Part shown: piece by piece, positions 52,869 through 64,000 of the stretch
Layout: each line of letters starts with the position of its first letter
Position numbering within the stretch: the first letter of the stretch is position 1
The notes under the pieces: generated by a model
Told to the model about the DNA's origin: nothing
The model's input: the letters and a program-made list of their open reading frames with translations, nothing else
Database searches by the model: none
Program-made: the position numbers and the translations under genes
Assembly: GCF_006345805.1 (NCBI RefSeq)
Contig: NC_043001.1
Span: forward strand, 23,064,001-23,128,000
Direction of reading: 5' to 3'
Origin: Octopus sinensis
Taxonomy: Eukaryota
DNA: 64,000 nt

Positions 52869-53083
52869 TATACACACATGCACAAACATTATACACACAC
52901 ACACACCAATATTACAAGCACTTTAGAATTCAGTGTGAACTAGGAAAAACTGACGCATCATGACATTTCTTCTCATACATAGACTTTACTGTTAAATATT
53001 TTAGATGATGTCAATATCAATGCAGATCTTGCTGTTGACATACAGTGAATGAATATTTTGTTATAAATGTTTCCTTTATCTCC

Positions 53084-53145
<62 letters not shown>

Positions 53146-56100
53146 ATACACACTCATATATACATGTATATACACACACATATATATACCTATACAAACA
53201 CGCACACACACACACATATATATTTGTATATGTTACAAACCAATGAAGGAACCTTTACATGGTACACAACTTGCTAGAAGTAGTATAGCCATCAGATGTC
53301 ACTTAGCAAAAAAATACGTATGTGGTTGTGTCCTACCAATGGACCTCTTTGTCACTGCTGTGTCAAATTTTGGCTTAAAATATCTAACCTCAAAATAAAT
53401 GTTATAAATACCATTTTTATACTCTACAACTGTCTTAATCATCATTACAGACAAATAAGTAATAATGTTAAGAAGCAATTAAAGAGAGTATTATCTTTTC
53501 TCCTTGTTTAATATTTCAAAATACTACAGTAGGATCATGATTTTATATTCCCCCTAGAATAATGAGGTGGTATTGCAAGTGAAAGGTATAAAACATGATC
53601 AACCAGCTTACTGTTTCATCAATATTTCATTTGTTTAAAAATATCAATGTATTTTATATTATTGTGAGGTGATAGGCACTTCTAACCAAACCAGTTCTTC
53701 TGGATGAATTGAAATTGTATATTGTATATTATATATATACTGTCTTTATAATAACATCACGTTTTATGGGAAAGATAACATCCTTCTGACAGTTTGAAGC
53801 AGCAACTGGTTATATAGTCTATATCTTGCTACTATGCGATGTTGGAACAATAAATAATACATATCTATTTGAAAGCATTGTTTACAGAGGCAAGTTTTGT
53901 CACATTCTGCTGTCATAACATACAAAGACAGCAATACATTTACTTCATATTAGCTTCTAGGATGAAAATAATGTTGCTGAAAATTATGAGAACTTCAACT
54001 CGTAACAAAGATAATTTAATAATCTTCAAGACCTAACTTTAGGTAAAGATACTGAATGAAAAATGCTGTGACCAGAAACCACTGTATAAATGAATTTCTA
54101 TCTTGACCTGACCTTAGACTTGACTGTATATTGAGATCATAAAAAGTCATAGCATTACAATAAACAATGCTCTATCTTTCTTCCTTCTTCATGATATTAA
54201 AACACATTTGGAAGAAGGTTGTGAACAAGATTCATAAAAATAAAACACTTCGCTGCACTGAGACTAGAAATAATACCATCTCTAGTGATAAAACATTTTC
54301 ATTTTGTTTTGCATTTTCAATTAGTTTGAAGAATAAAATTTGTGCATTTGTACATCTTTTCCATGCTTGTATTGGCTGCACAGAACATATATATATATTT
54401 CATTATCATCATTTAACATCCGTTTTCCATGCTGGCATGTGTAGGACCGTTTGATAGGAGCTGGCCAGCTGAAGAGCTGCACAAGGCTCCAAGGCTATTT
54501 TGTCATGGTTTCTTACAGCTAGATATCCTTCCTAATGCCAATCACTTTATAGAGTGTTTGGAGTGCTTTTATGTAGCTCCAGCACAAGTGCATTTACATA
54601 GTACCAGTATAGGTGCTTTTTACATGGGACTAGCACCTATAAGCCTATATGACTAGGAATGTACAGCTAGAGAGGGATGCAGCATTCATACCTGTATGCA
54701 AGGACAGCCACAATTTTGCTTAGCTTGATGTGTCTTCTCAAGCACAGCAAACCTCCAGGAGTCTCAGTCCCCTGTCATCCCAGAGACTCCTATGCTTATA
54801 TTGAATATTGAGAATGAGTGCTCAACCATGCGTTGGTGGATGAATTTTTTTCATTTATGAGTTAACAAAGATACCAATTGTTTCATGTGAAGAGATCCTC
54901 ATATTTGTTCCAAAATGGAGATAAGTACCAACACTTCCATGTGGTTCACTTTAACAACTGTGAAAATCTCTTCACTGGCAGCCTTGTTAACCTACAAATA
55001 AAGTGTGTGTGTGTGTGTGTGTATAATCACTGTAATGACATGAATGTTGGATTTTGTTATACATTGTTGATTACAATGTGCTTCCTTGGACTGTTGTAGC
55101 TTACGAATGATGCCACCCCACTGGCCAGGTGGGCAAGCCAACATTCCACCTGAATGGGACACTAGTCCACTGCAGGATTACACATTTACAGCTGAGTGGA
55201 CTGGAGCAACATGAAATGATGTGTTTTGCTCAAGAACACAATGCACCACTGGTCCAAGAATCAAAATCACAATTTTGCAATCGTGTACAACACCATAACA
55301 ACTGGGACATGTGGTTACACACACACATGTTTGTGTGTGTATTTATTTTCATGGCGATATGATTGAGAAGTTCACTTCCCAACCATGTGATTTTGGTTTC
55401 ATGGCACTTCAGGTCAGCGTTCTCCAACTATAGTTCTGAGCTGACCAAAGCTTTGTGGGCAAATTGTTGGCCACAAACATCATCATCATCATACAAGTGA
55501 TATCATTAGTTTGCAATCTTCTATGAAAACATGTCCAGTCCATATGTTGTTTGAAGAATTAAAGGAAATTTTACCTTGCTTTGATACAGTTGAGGGTTGG
55601 TGATTGCAAAAGCATCCAGCTACATATAATTTACCTCAACAAAAAATGACAGTAGTCCATAAACAATCATTAACAATGTGCTGCATGGCTGACAGAGAGA
55701 CTTAACTCTGAAATGCCCAGTTCACTTAAATGCAAGTAGAAACTACTAAGTACTAGTACTATACTAAGGTTGACTGTATTAGTTCTATGACTTCTCCTCT
55801 GGTACTTATAGAAGTGAAATGGCAGTGTGTACATGACATGAGCTATGAGTGGGTTGAGTCTGTTTCAAGAGGTTTTGCAGTGTTTCAGAGTAGAATGTTT
55901 TATTGGTCATTATCAAAGTTCATTTAGATGTTGGGAATAGATACCAAATTATCTAGAAATGTTACTTATCCAGGAGAGAAGATTTCTCTGTTGTCTGTTT
56001 CATCATAAGTCTGTTTCAAGTGTTTTTGCCGTGTTTCAGAATAGAATGTTTTATTGTACATTATCAAAGTTCATTTATATGTTGGGAATAGATATCAAAT

Positions 56101-56622
56101 TATCTAGAAATGTTACTTATCCAGGACAGAAGATTTCTCTATTGTCTGTTTAATATCATAAAGCTGGCAATATGCATCAGCCCTTTAATGTTCATTATGG
56201 TTAAAGATGTATTTACATTTTCACATTTGGTCTGGTAAGTAGACGTTTACATTGTAAACTTCATTACACAAATTGTTACATTACAACCCTTTCTCATCAA
56301 TTGACCATACATCTACAGCAAGGAGTCATTACAGTTCATTATAATGCAGTACACAAAATAAAACTAAAAATTAAACACAAACTGAAGGAAACATACATAG
56401 ATATATCATGAGTAAAAATGTTGTATCATGTACTCTAAATCCAGTGATCTAACATAGCTAAATTATATTTTTTTGTTGTTATTTCTGTGAACTGGAAAAA
56501 TAATGTAAAAGTGAAAGCAACTTACCACTAAAATTGCAAGATACCAAAATGCAACCACTGCTAAGGACAGCATTATTCTATACCATGGTACATGTTTCAT
56601 TTTAAATTCTACTGTAAAATTC
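33719..56622 (-). CDS. GDPD5: Copy B: six-TM glycerophosphodiester phosphodiesterase (GDPD5/GDPD2/GDPD4-like), exons 3-10; 5' exons off the right edge, 3' exons not found
   Basis: Spliced join 56622-56526, 52358-52200, 50709-50616, 47686-47541, 40822-40740, 38116-37966, 35565-35344, 33867-33719. The frame is open and includes [29 protein letters not shown] and LNAGSWF. Confidence 0.93.
35344..35565 (-). CDS. GDPD5: Copy B exon 9 ([45 protein letters not shown]...KTGIPLKQ)
   Basis: 222 nt, TAG acceptor and GTAAAT donor. Aligns to GDE2 TDPF...NQSICSLAELLELA. Confidence 0.93.
37080..37115 (+). ncRNA. Degenerate minimal hammerhead motif
   Basis: TCTT-CTGATGA-A-GGAC-tatt-GTCC-AAAAC-ATT-AAGA. GAAA has become AAAA, consistent with CpG decay. 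Confidence 0.45.
37966..38116 (-). CDS. GDPD5: Copy B exon 8 ([51 protein letters not shown])
   Basis: 151 nt, CAG acceptor and GTAAGT donor. Contains the second catalytic His (HD) and the GDPD insertion region. Confidence 0.96.
38210..38503 (-). mobile_element. Older copy of the same SINE family as 20159-20541
   Basis: Shares 'aagtggctgagcact...cccttaa...ggccctttgaaataca' body and 'cctaaccact' head; CpG-depleted. Confidence 0.75.
40740..40822 (-). CDS. GDPD5: Copy B exon 7 ([27 protein letters not shown])
   Basis: 83 nt, ttttcttgcAAG acceptor and AG|GTAAAT donor. Contains PENT and the metal-binding E-x-D motif. Confidence 0.95.
47541..47686 (-). CDS. GDPD5: Copy B exon 6 ([48 protein letters not shown])
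   Basis: 146 nt, contains the catalytic AHRG motif. Confidence 0.95.
50616..50709 (-). CDS. GDPD5: Copy B exon 5 ([31 protein letters not shown])
   Basis: 94 nt paralogue of 8733-8826. Confidence 0.92.
52200..52358 (-). CDS. GDPD5: Copy B exon 4 ([53 protein letters not shown])
   Basis: 159 nt paralogue of 10316-10474 with intact splice sites. Confidence 0.92.
55858..56161 (+). repeat. 151-bp tandem duplication specific to copy B
   Basis: Two diverged units start GTCTGTTTCAAG at 55858 and 56009. Copy A has a single unit. Confidence 0.88.
56526..56622 (-). CDS. GDPD5: Copy B exon 3 ([32 protein letters not shown])
   Basis: 97 nt paralogue of 14203-14299 with intact splice sites. Confidence 0.9.
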
Positions 56623-59182
56623 CTGAAGAAGCAATAAATGAAAACTTGTTAAACATTATGTAGAATTGAAAATCATCTTGTGGTTTGTTTTGGATTTTGT
56701 TTGTGCTTTTACTTCTTGGGTGTGGTGGAAAGGGCAGTGTCCCTGGCCTTCACAGGTCCTTCAGCTATAGATTAGTGGTTCTCAAATGGGGTCCACATGA
56801 CCCTTGGGGGTCTACATAAGATTTTGTTGCTAAAATTATGTGCAATAAATTGATTATACTTCTACAATAAACAAAACATTTTAAGAATTTTTTAATATAA
56901 TTCTTAATATTATTTAATTATAAAAATATAATAAGATTTTTAAAACTTCAAATGATTATGAGGCCCATCTGAATAAAATAGGAAAGAAAAGGGTCCATAG
57001 GTAAAAAATGCTTGAGAACCACTGTTCTATAGCAATGAAACTAAAACCATTAATGTTTGCATTGAAACAAATCCAGAGAGCCAATGTGTATTTGGATGGA
57101 TCAGACCGAATTTGTTGAGGCAGAATTTTCTACAAACAGACGCCTTTTCTATGGCCAGCTCTCACCTGTTTCTAGGCTAGGTAATATTTCCTATGGTCAG
57201 ATATGTTATTCCAAAGAAGACTGGAAATGAACAGTATTGCATGACGATGATGTTTGACAAAGGTACACACACACACACACACACACACACATGGAGGATG
57301 TCTTTCAGTTTCTGTCAGCCAAATCCACTCACAAGATTTTGATTGGCTCAGAGCTATAGACACTTGCCCAAGGTGCAGACAGTGGGACTGAACTCAAGAC
57401 ACATGGTTGGAAAGCAAGCTTCTTAACCACACAGCCATGTTTGCACCTATTATAAATATTTTCTGGGTAGTAAAGTTATATTTTGGAATATTTCAACCTA
57501 ATTTACATTTCCTTAAACAATTCCAGATGTGAAAGGTTCCTTTGAGAATATAACTCAGAAAATATACAAATATGATTTTATTCTGTTGATCTGTACTTCA
57601 AATTGTTGTCTTTTGTAATCTAGTGGTAGTTGGTTAAAACAGGATGAAGTCTCATAAAATGCACTGCTACTGAGAACAATAATCTCATTTATTAGCCATC
57701 TCTCTCTACCACCAACCTTCAACACTATCCGATCTTTACAGATGTTGCCTAATTCCCCTTCCCTTTTCTATTCCCCCATCTCTTGCTCCACTCCTACACT
57801 CCTGCAAACCACCTACCTACACTCATATTTTCTTTGTCCCCACTCCTACTCACTTAGTACCTTTGTGTCTTGAGGGGCCACCAAGATATCCCATCATCAC
57901 AATTTATTTTTTAGCAGCTTCTACTGATAATTCTCACCCTCTTTTCTAAACATGAATAAGCATATAGTTTCTCCAAAACAAGAAACTGCTTTGTGCACTC
58001 TCTCATACTTTAAACCATTATCTCCTAGTATAAAACCAATCTCCCACCCCTCAGGGTTTATAGTCTTTCAAGCAGCATGGTGATCCTAATAAAGCTGGTG
58101 ACTTGTAAAAAGCATCCAGTACATGCTGTAAAGTGGTTGGTTTTAGGAAGGTCATCCAGCCATAAAAGTCAGGCTAAGCAGACACTGGAGCTCGTCAGAT
58201 TTTGACAAACTGCCCAGGAACATGGAGATTAAATGATGATGATGATGATAGCATCAGTAGATACAGAGAAAGAAAAAAAGAAAATTTAGAAAAATGATGA
58301 TGAGCCCTAACAATGGCATAATGCTGAGAATTCTGCAAAGATTATTATACTTCACTTGGGATAAAAGTGAAATATGGACAAAATTAAATCCTGAAGGGTA
58401 TTTAAGGTAGTGCTTCATCATCATAATATTGTTAACAATAGTGGTTATGTTGATACTTATCTTTTGTTGTTCTCATACAGGATTCTTTAACTTAGCAGTA
58501 TGTTTGTTTAACATACAGAAAAAAACTAAAATTTGACTTCAAATGTATTCAGACTAAGTGATCTAAGGATTATCGCTATTTTCTCTAGTATTTCAGTTAT
58601 TGTTCCTTAATCTTTTGTGTTCTACCTTATATAAATGGGTTACCCTAAAGTCCATCACTCAGTTGTTGCTCACATTTATTGTGTATATGCAAATCAGATA
58701 TGCAACTTACACTCAGAAATTTACGCACCATAGCTGATGGCAGAAAAGAAGCAAAGGCATATTAGATGCACCACATTTTCAACAGCAAATACTAAGGAAA
58801 ATATTTTTAGTACATTAAAGCTTTTGGGAGACCCAACATTATCATGTAATGCCTTACTTTTCCATCTGTTATGCAGCTCTGAGATTCCATTTGATTTGGT
58901 TTGTGCTTTTGTTTGTTTTGTTGTCACAATAGTTTCTTCTGTTCCATCAAGTTGTGTTTCAGTCTCAGTGATTTTTTAAATATATTTCTTTGCACCTTCT
59001 GATATTGGGTGTAGATTCTTAGAACTTTCATACTTGTAGACAAGTTTAAGCACCCAGTCATCGGTGTTCTTTAGATGGGCATCTACTCCTATAATTACTG
59101 ACTTAAGAGACTGTTGCAGCTGCATCAGACCACATCCTCCATCCTGCTGTGGGATGACTACTACTACTACTACTACTACTAT

Positions 59183-59216
<34 letters not shown>

Positions 59217-59891
59217 GTTACTGCTACAGCTGCTACTACTACTACTACTTCGCTAGTGCATGTTAATTTAGTTAGAAGTTATTTTATCTTGAGGTTTAGT
59301 AACAAGTCTCCTCAAATCTTGAGAATCTTCCTTAGAATTATTGCAGAAGATAGGATGGTACGTTTCTGCAGGTCAACAATGTGAGTTTTAATATCATCAT
59401 CATCATCATCATCATCACCACCACTGCCGTCACCGCTGCTGCCACCACCATCATCACCATCGTCCACAGCCAGCAGACTAAAGTGACACTTATTTACTGG
59501 TGATGCTTCAAGAACCCTGCAAAGATTCTTGCAGTTCCAAGCAATGCTGATTTATGTAGGTGTTCTGCCTTCACACTTGCACCAGTCTTTTTCAGGTATA
59601 ATCCCACGTCATGGTACTACGTACAAGTGGCTTCTGCTGTTGCCCCGGGCTAACCAATGTCTTGAGAGTGGATTTGGCAGATGGAAACTGAAAAAAGTCC
59701 ATCATATATATATTCTTTTATTTGTTTCAATCATTTGGCTGTGGCCATGCTGGAACACTACTTTTTACTGGACAAATTTGTTAGCCTAGTACTTATTCTA
59801 TCATTCATTTTTGCCAAACTGCTAAGTTACAGGGATGTAAACACACCAATATCGGTTGTCAAGAGATAGTAGGGAGACAAACACAGATGCA

Positions 59892-59940
<49 letters not shown>

Positions 59941-60248
59941 TTTTATATATATACAACAGGCGTCTTTCAGTTTCTGTCTACCAAATCCACTCACAAGGCT
60001 TTGTTGGCCTGAGGCTATAGTACAAATGTGACAAGGCTAGCCCCTGGAAATACAGGTACTAATCATTTTTGCCAGCTGAATGGACCGGAGTAATGTGAAA
60101 TATAATGTCTTGCTCAAAGAAACAATGTGCTGCTAGGAATCAAACTTGTGACCCTACAATCGCGAGCTGAATTCCCTAACCACTAGGCCATGCACGATAT
60201 ATATATATATATATATATACATATCATCATCATCATCATCACATATAT

Positions 60249-60306
<58 letters not shown>

Positions 60307-62235
60307 ATATATATATACGTATATATAAATATATAAATATATATATATATATACTGGTGTCACATAAATGTACCCATAAAAACTCTCAGAGTGGTTGGCA
60401 TTAGGAAGGGCATCCAACCATAGAAAACCATGGCAAATCAGACTAGATTCTGGTGCAGCATTCCAGCGTGCAAGCCCAGTCAAATAGTCCAACCCATGCC
60501 AGCATGGGCAATGGACATTAAATGATGATGATGGCCCAGTGGTTAAGGTGTTGCACTCATGAGCGAAAGATCCATGGGTGTGATTGCAAAACAGGGAAGT
60601 GCATTATGTTTTTCAGCAAAACACTTCATCTCACATTGCTCTGCAATTTCTTTGATACATATGCACAGCACACTATGCACCTGTACAGGTAATGTCAGTT
60701 TGATGGAGGAAGTGAGCTAATTTATAACAACAAACTTTTGATCACTATAAACAAATTATCTGTGCAGGTTATTCAGCAAGGAACTGCAGAACTGCCTTCC
60801 TGAATCTGAGAGACAAACAGTGTTTGTGCATGTGTGTGTGTGTGCGCACGCATGCGTATGTGCATGTGTCTGTCTATCTGTCTCCTTGTCTTGACATTGC
60901 AAGATAGTTAAAGACAAGCAGAGTCCTTCGTTTCTAGTCTTCCATGAAAACAAGTTCAGGCATGGGGAAATATCTTGCTTGGGAACAGGAAAGGGTTGAG
61001 TGACAGAAGGGTATCTGGCCATAGAAAATCTACCTCAACAAATTACATCTGACCTACACGAGCACAAACTAGACATTAAATCAATGATGATAACAATGAA
61101 GATGAATCATCTGCATGCAGCATTTCCTGATAGATACAAAATAAATTGACCTTCAAGGCCATCAGAGAGGTAAATGACTGGTTTGGCTTTACAAATGTAA
61201 ATGGCTGAAGAGAATCCATAATTAACAGATTAAAAGATTTTGATTAAATATTTAATAATTTGAGTTGCTAAACAAAAAAGTTTAATAAATTTGTAAGTAT
61301 GGTACCAAGTATGTGTTGTACTGTAATGATGATACAGGTATAATCAAATGTACCTTCAAACTAATTCCCTACAATTAAATTTTTCTTGGAGTTGAATCAA
61401 ACAGCATTAAAAACGTATAATTTAGAGAGAAATTAGTCTAATATTTATTTTTGTGATAACTGTGAAGTTACAGAGAGGGCATTCTTTCTATAACAAAAAT
61501 AAAATAATAGAAATAACTATCAGAAATAAATAGTGACAATTCAACATTAGTTTTTATATCAAATATGCATATTTTGATGGTTTTAGACACAGATTAGTGA
61601 AATAATTATATCTTTACAGTTATATCTATCTTTGAACATTACTCTTCTTAAACCCAAGCTCCATTAAACAAATCTTAATCCTATAATATCATAGCTTTCT
61701 TAGACAATCTGCAAGCATCAACCACTAACTAAAGATATTTTAGCTCAGTTTTCACCTCCTATTCTTATTACACCATTGTATTTATTACTTGAGATTTTCC
61801 TTAAAATTTGCTCATTCAAAGTTATTGTCTAGGTGCTGGTGTAGCTGTGTGGTAAGAAATTTGCTTCCCAACCACATGGCTCCAGGTTCATTCCCACTGA
61901 GTAGCACTTTGGGCAAGTGTCTTCTACTATAGCCCTAAGCCAACCGAAGCCTTGTGAGTGGATTTGGAAGATGGAAACTGAAAACAAGCCCTTCATATAG
62001 ATTTGTGTGTGTGTATTTGTCCCACTGCAACTGTTTGACAACTGGCAGTTTCTGTACATTCACATAAAGTAGCAGTTTGGCAACAGAGAGTAGGAAAATA
62101 TGAGTAGAAACCACGTAAAAAGCAGCCATGCTGGTACCACATAGACATCGTGCATGCCAGTACCATGAAAAAGCAACCATGTCGGCACCATATAAAAAGC
62201 ACCTACTTTGCACCATGTAAAAGTTGACCTTGGCC

Positions 62236-63095
62236 AGGGCCAGATTTATAGGGGTGTGGAGGGGGCAATTGCCTCAGGCATCTAGGTATTTGTGTGGGGG
62301 GTGGGGTTGCTAGGAAAGGTATATAGAAATCAATACAGGAAGACCAACCACCTCTCAGTAATCAGGTATGATGAGGCTCTCTTTCAATATACAAAGGTTT
62401 CTTGACTTCTTAAAAAATGGAATGGATTCTCTTTCATGATAAATACCCATAGATTTTTGCAACTGCAGAGACACCAAATAAGCCAATTAAAACACAACTT
62501 ACCCAGTCCCAAAGCACTTACAATTTCCCTTTCGGAATTGTAGCTGTTTTGGGGACAACAGATAAAAGGGAAACAACAGAACACTCCTGAATGTGTGTGT
62601 GATTGTGTGCGTGTGTGTATGTGTGTGCATGTGTGTGTGTATGTATGTATGTATCTGTGAGTATAAAGAAATTTTTCCTCAAAATATTTGGATAATTTTT
62701 AGCAAAAAAGCTATAAAGAATATTTTATGTTGAGTTTTTAGACTTACTGGTGTTTCATTATTTTCATATTATGAGCTATTTTATCTTCCTCATCTTTCAT
62801 TTGACCAAGATATTTTAAATTTTGTTGCATTTCTGATGTCTAAGGATGGATGTATGACTATTTTTTCAAAATTAATTCTGGGGAACTGGAAGGGCATATT
62901 TACTGTGTCATGTCTTACCCATTTTTCCCTGCCTAAATTTGTCTTTTATATGCTCAAATAGAATAGTGATAATTTTCTGAAATAGTGTTCTGAATATGTT
63001 ATAGGCTTTACTGCATTTAGAGAAGATCTTTACTTCGCTGATATAGTTTTCGCAAGGTAGTGAACATTTGTAAAAAATATATTGCATTTAATGAT
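62236..63095. mobile_element. Possible hAT-type DNA transposon remnant specific to copy B
   Basis: Homology with copy A stops at a CAGGGCC(A/G)GATT terminus typical of hAT ends. The right end was not identified. Confidence 0.35.
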
Positions 63096-63099
63096 ACTG

Positions 63100-64000
63100 C
63101 AGAAATACTTGGAGACACCACTACAAAAGGTTGCTAAATGAAGAGAATGAATGGGAGAAAACGAGTCAGCAAAATGTTGATTCAATAGTAGGACCAGCTA
63201 TTCAAATTGACAGTACCTTGGTAGATAAAGCAATTACGGGTATGAAGACAGGGAAAGCCCCTGGCCCATCAGGAATCCTTGCCGAGATGCTCAAAATATC
63301 TGGCAGTGTAGACTATAGTCTAGTCACCCGTATAGGCAACCAGGTGATACATGAAGGAGACATACCCAATGACTGGTGTAGCAGCACCATAGTCAACTGC
63401 TACAAAGGTAAAGGTTATGCATTAGATAGGAATAATTACAAAGGTATCAAATTGTTGGATCAGGTGTTGAAAGTCACAGAGAGGGTGATAACCCAACTAA
63501 ATAGGGAGAAAATTAGTTTAGATGAGATGAAGTTTGGGTTTGTGCCAGGGAAAAGTACCACTGATGCTATGTGTCTGATAAGACAGCTACAGGAGAAATT
63601 CCCAGCCAAAGATAAACCTCTGTACTTGGCTTTCATTGACATGGAGAAAACCTTTGACAGGGTTCCACGATCCCTTATTTGGTAGTCAATGCAGAAACTA
63701 GGAACAGATAGTGGTTGGTGAGAGCTGTACAAGCCATGGACAGGGATGGTGTGGAGTAAGGTTAGGGTTGGCAATGAGTATGGTGAAGAATTCTGGGTAG
63801 GAGTCCAACAAGGATCAGTCCTCAGCCCCCTCTTATTCATCATTGTCCTCCAGGCAATAATAGAGGAATTGAAAACAGGCTGCCTCTGGGAGCTACTCTA
63901 TGCTGATGACCTTGCTCTGATAGCTGAGTCACTACCAGAACTAGTGAGGTTTCAGGTGAGGAAGCAAGGTCTAGAAACGAAGGCCCTTAAAGTCAATCTA
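63100..64000 (+). mobile_element. RTE-clade LINE reverse transcriptase fragment (disrupted)
   Basis: KAPGPSG, IPNDW, YKGKG, FGFVPGKSTTDA, LAFIDMEKTFDRV, QGSVLSPLLF and YADD (63899-63910). Stop at 63685 followed by a frameshift. Confidence 0.93.

Larger units (their letters stand above)
41893..61985 (+). repeat. Segmental/tandem duplication, copy B (partner 1-19740)
   Basis: Same sequence as the window start. High identity ends inside a SINE at ~61985, with weaker homology to ~62233. Confidence 0.97.

Overview
AT-rich, microsatellite- and SINE-dense animal genomic DNA. The repeat families resemble those of octopus/cephalopods; this is an inference from memory, not a database result. The window holds two tandem, minus-strand, multi-exon copies of a six-transmembrane glycerophosphodiester phosphodiesterase (GDE2/GDE3/GDE6 = GDPD5/GDPD2/GDPD4 family). 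I reconstructed them by hand from GT-AG splice sites with consistent phases. Copy A has exons at 31366-31268, 23110-23007, 14299-14203, 10474-10316, 8826-8733 and 5807-5662 and runs off the left edge. Copy B has exons from 56622 to 33719; its 5' exons lie off the right edge, and its last exons are missing, probably inside the 100-N gap at 32771-32870. Bases 1-~19.7 kb are duplicated at 41.9-62.0 kb as a mosaic of near-identical kilobase blocks and clearly diverged islands. Most shared exon sequence falls in the diverged islands, and two membrane/loop exons show a strong excess of amino-acid-changing differences. The introns contain an ORF1-only (HAL1-like) retroelement with a 15-bp TSD inserted into a SINE head, RTE and R4/Dong LINE fragments, piggyBac- and hAT-type MITEs, a probable solo LTR, tRNA-derived SINEs and Penelope-type minimal hammerhead motifs. 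Nearly all ORFs in the supplied track are microsatellite or repeat artefacts.
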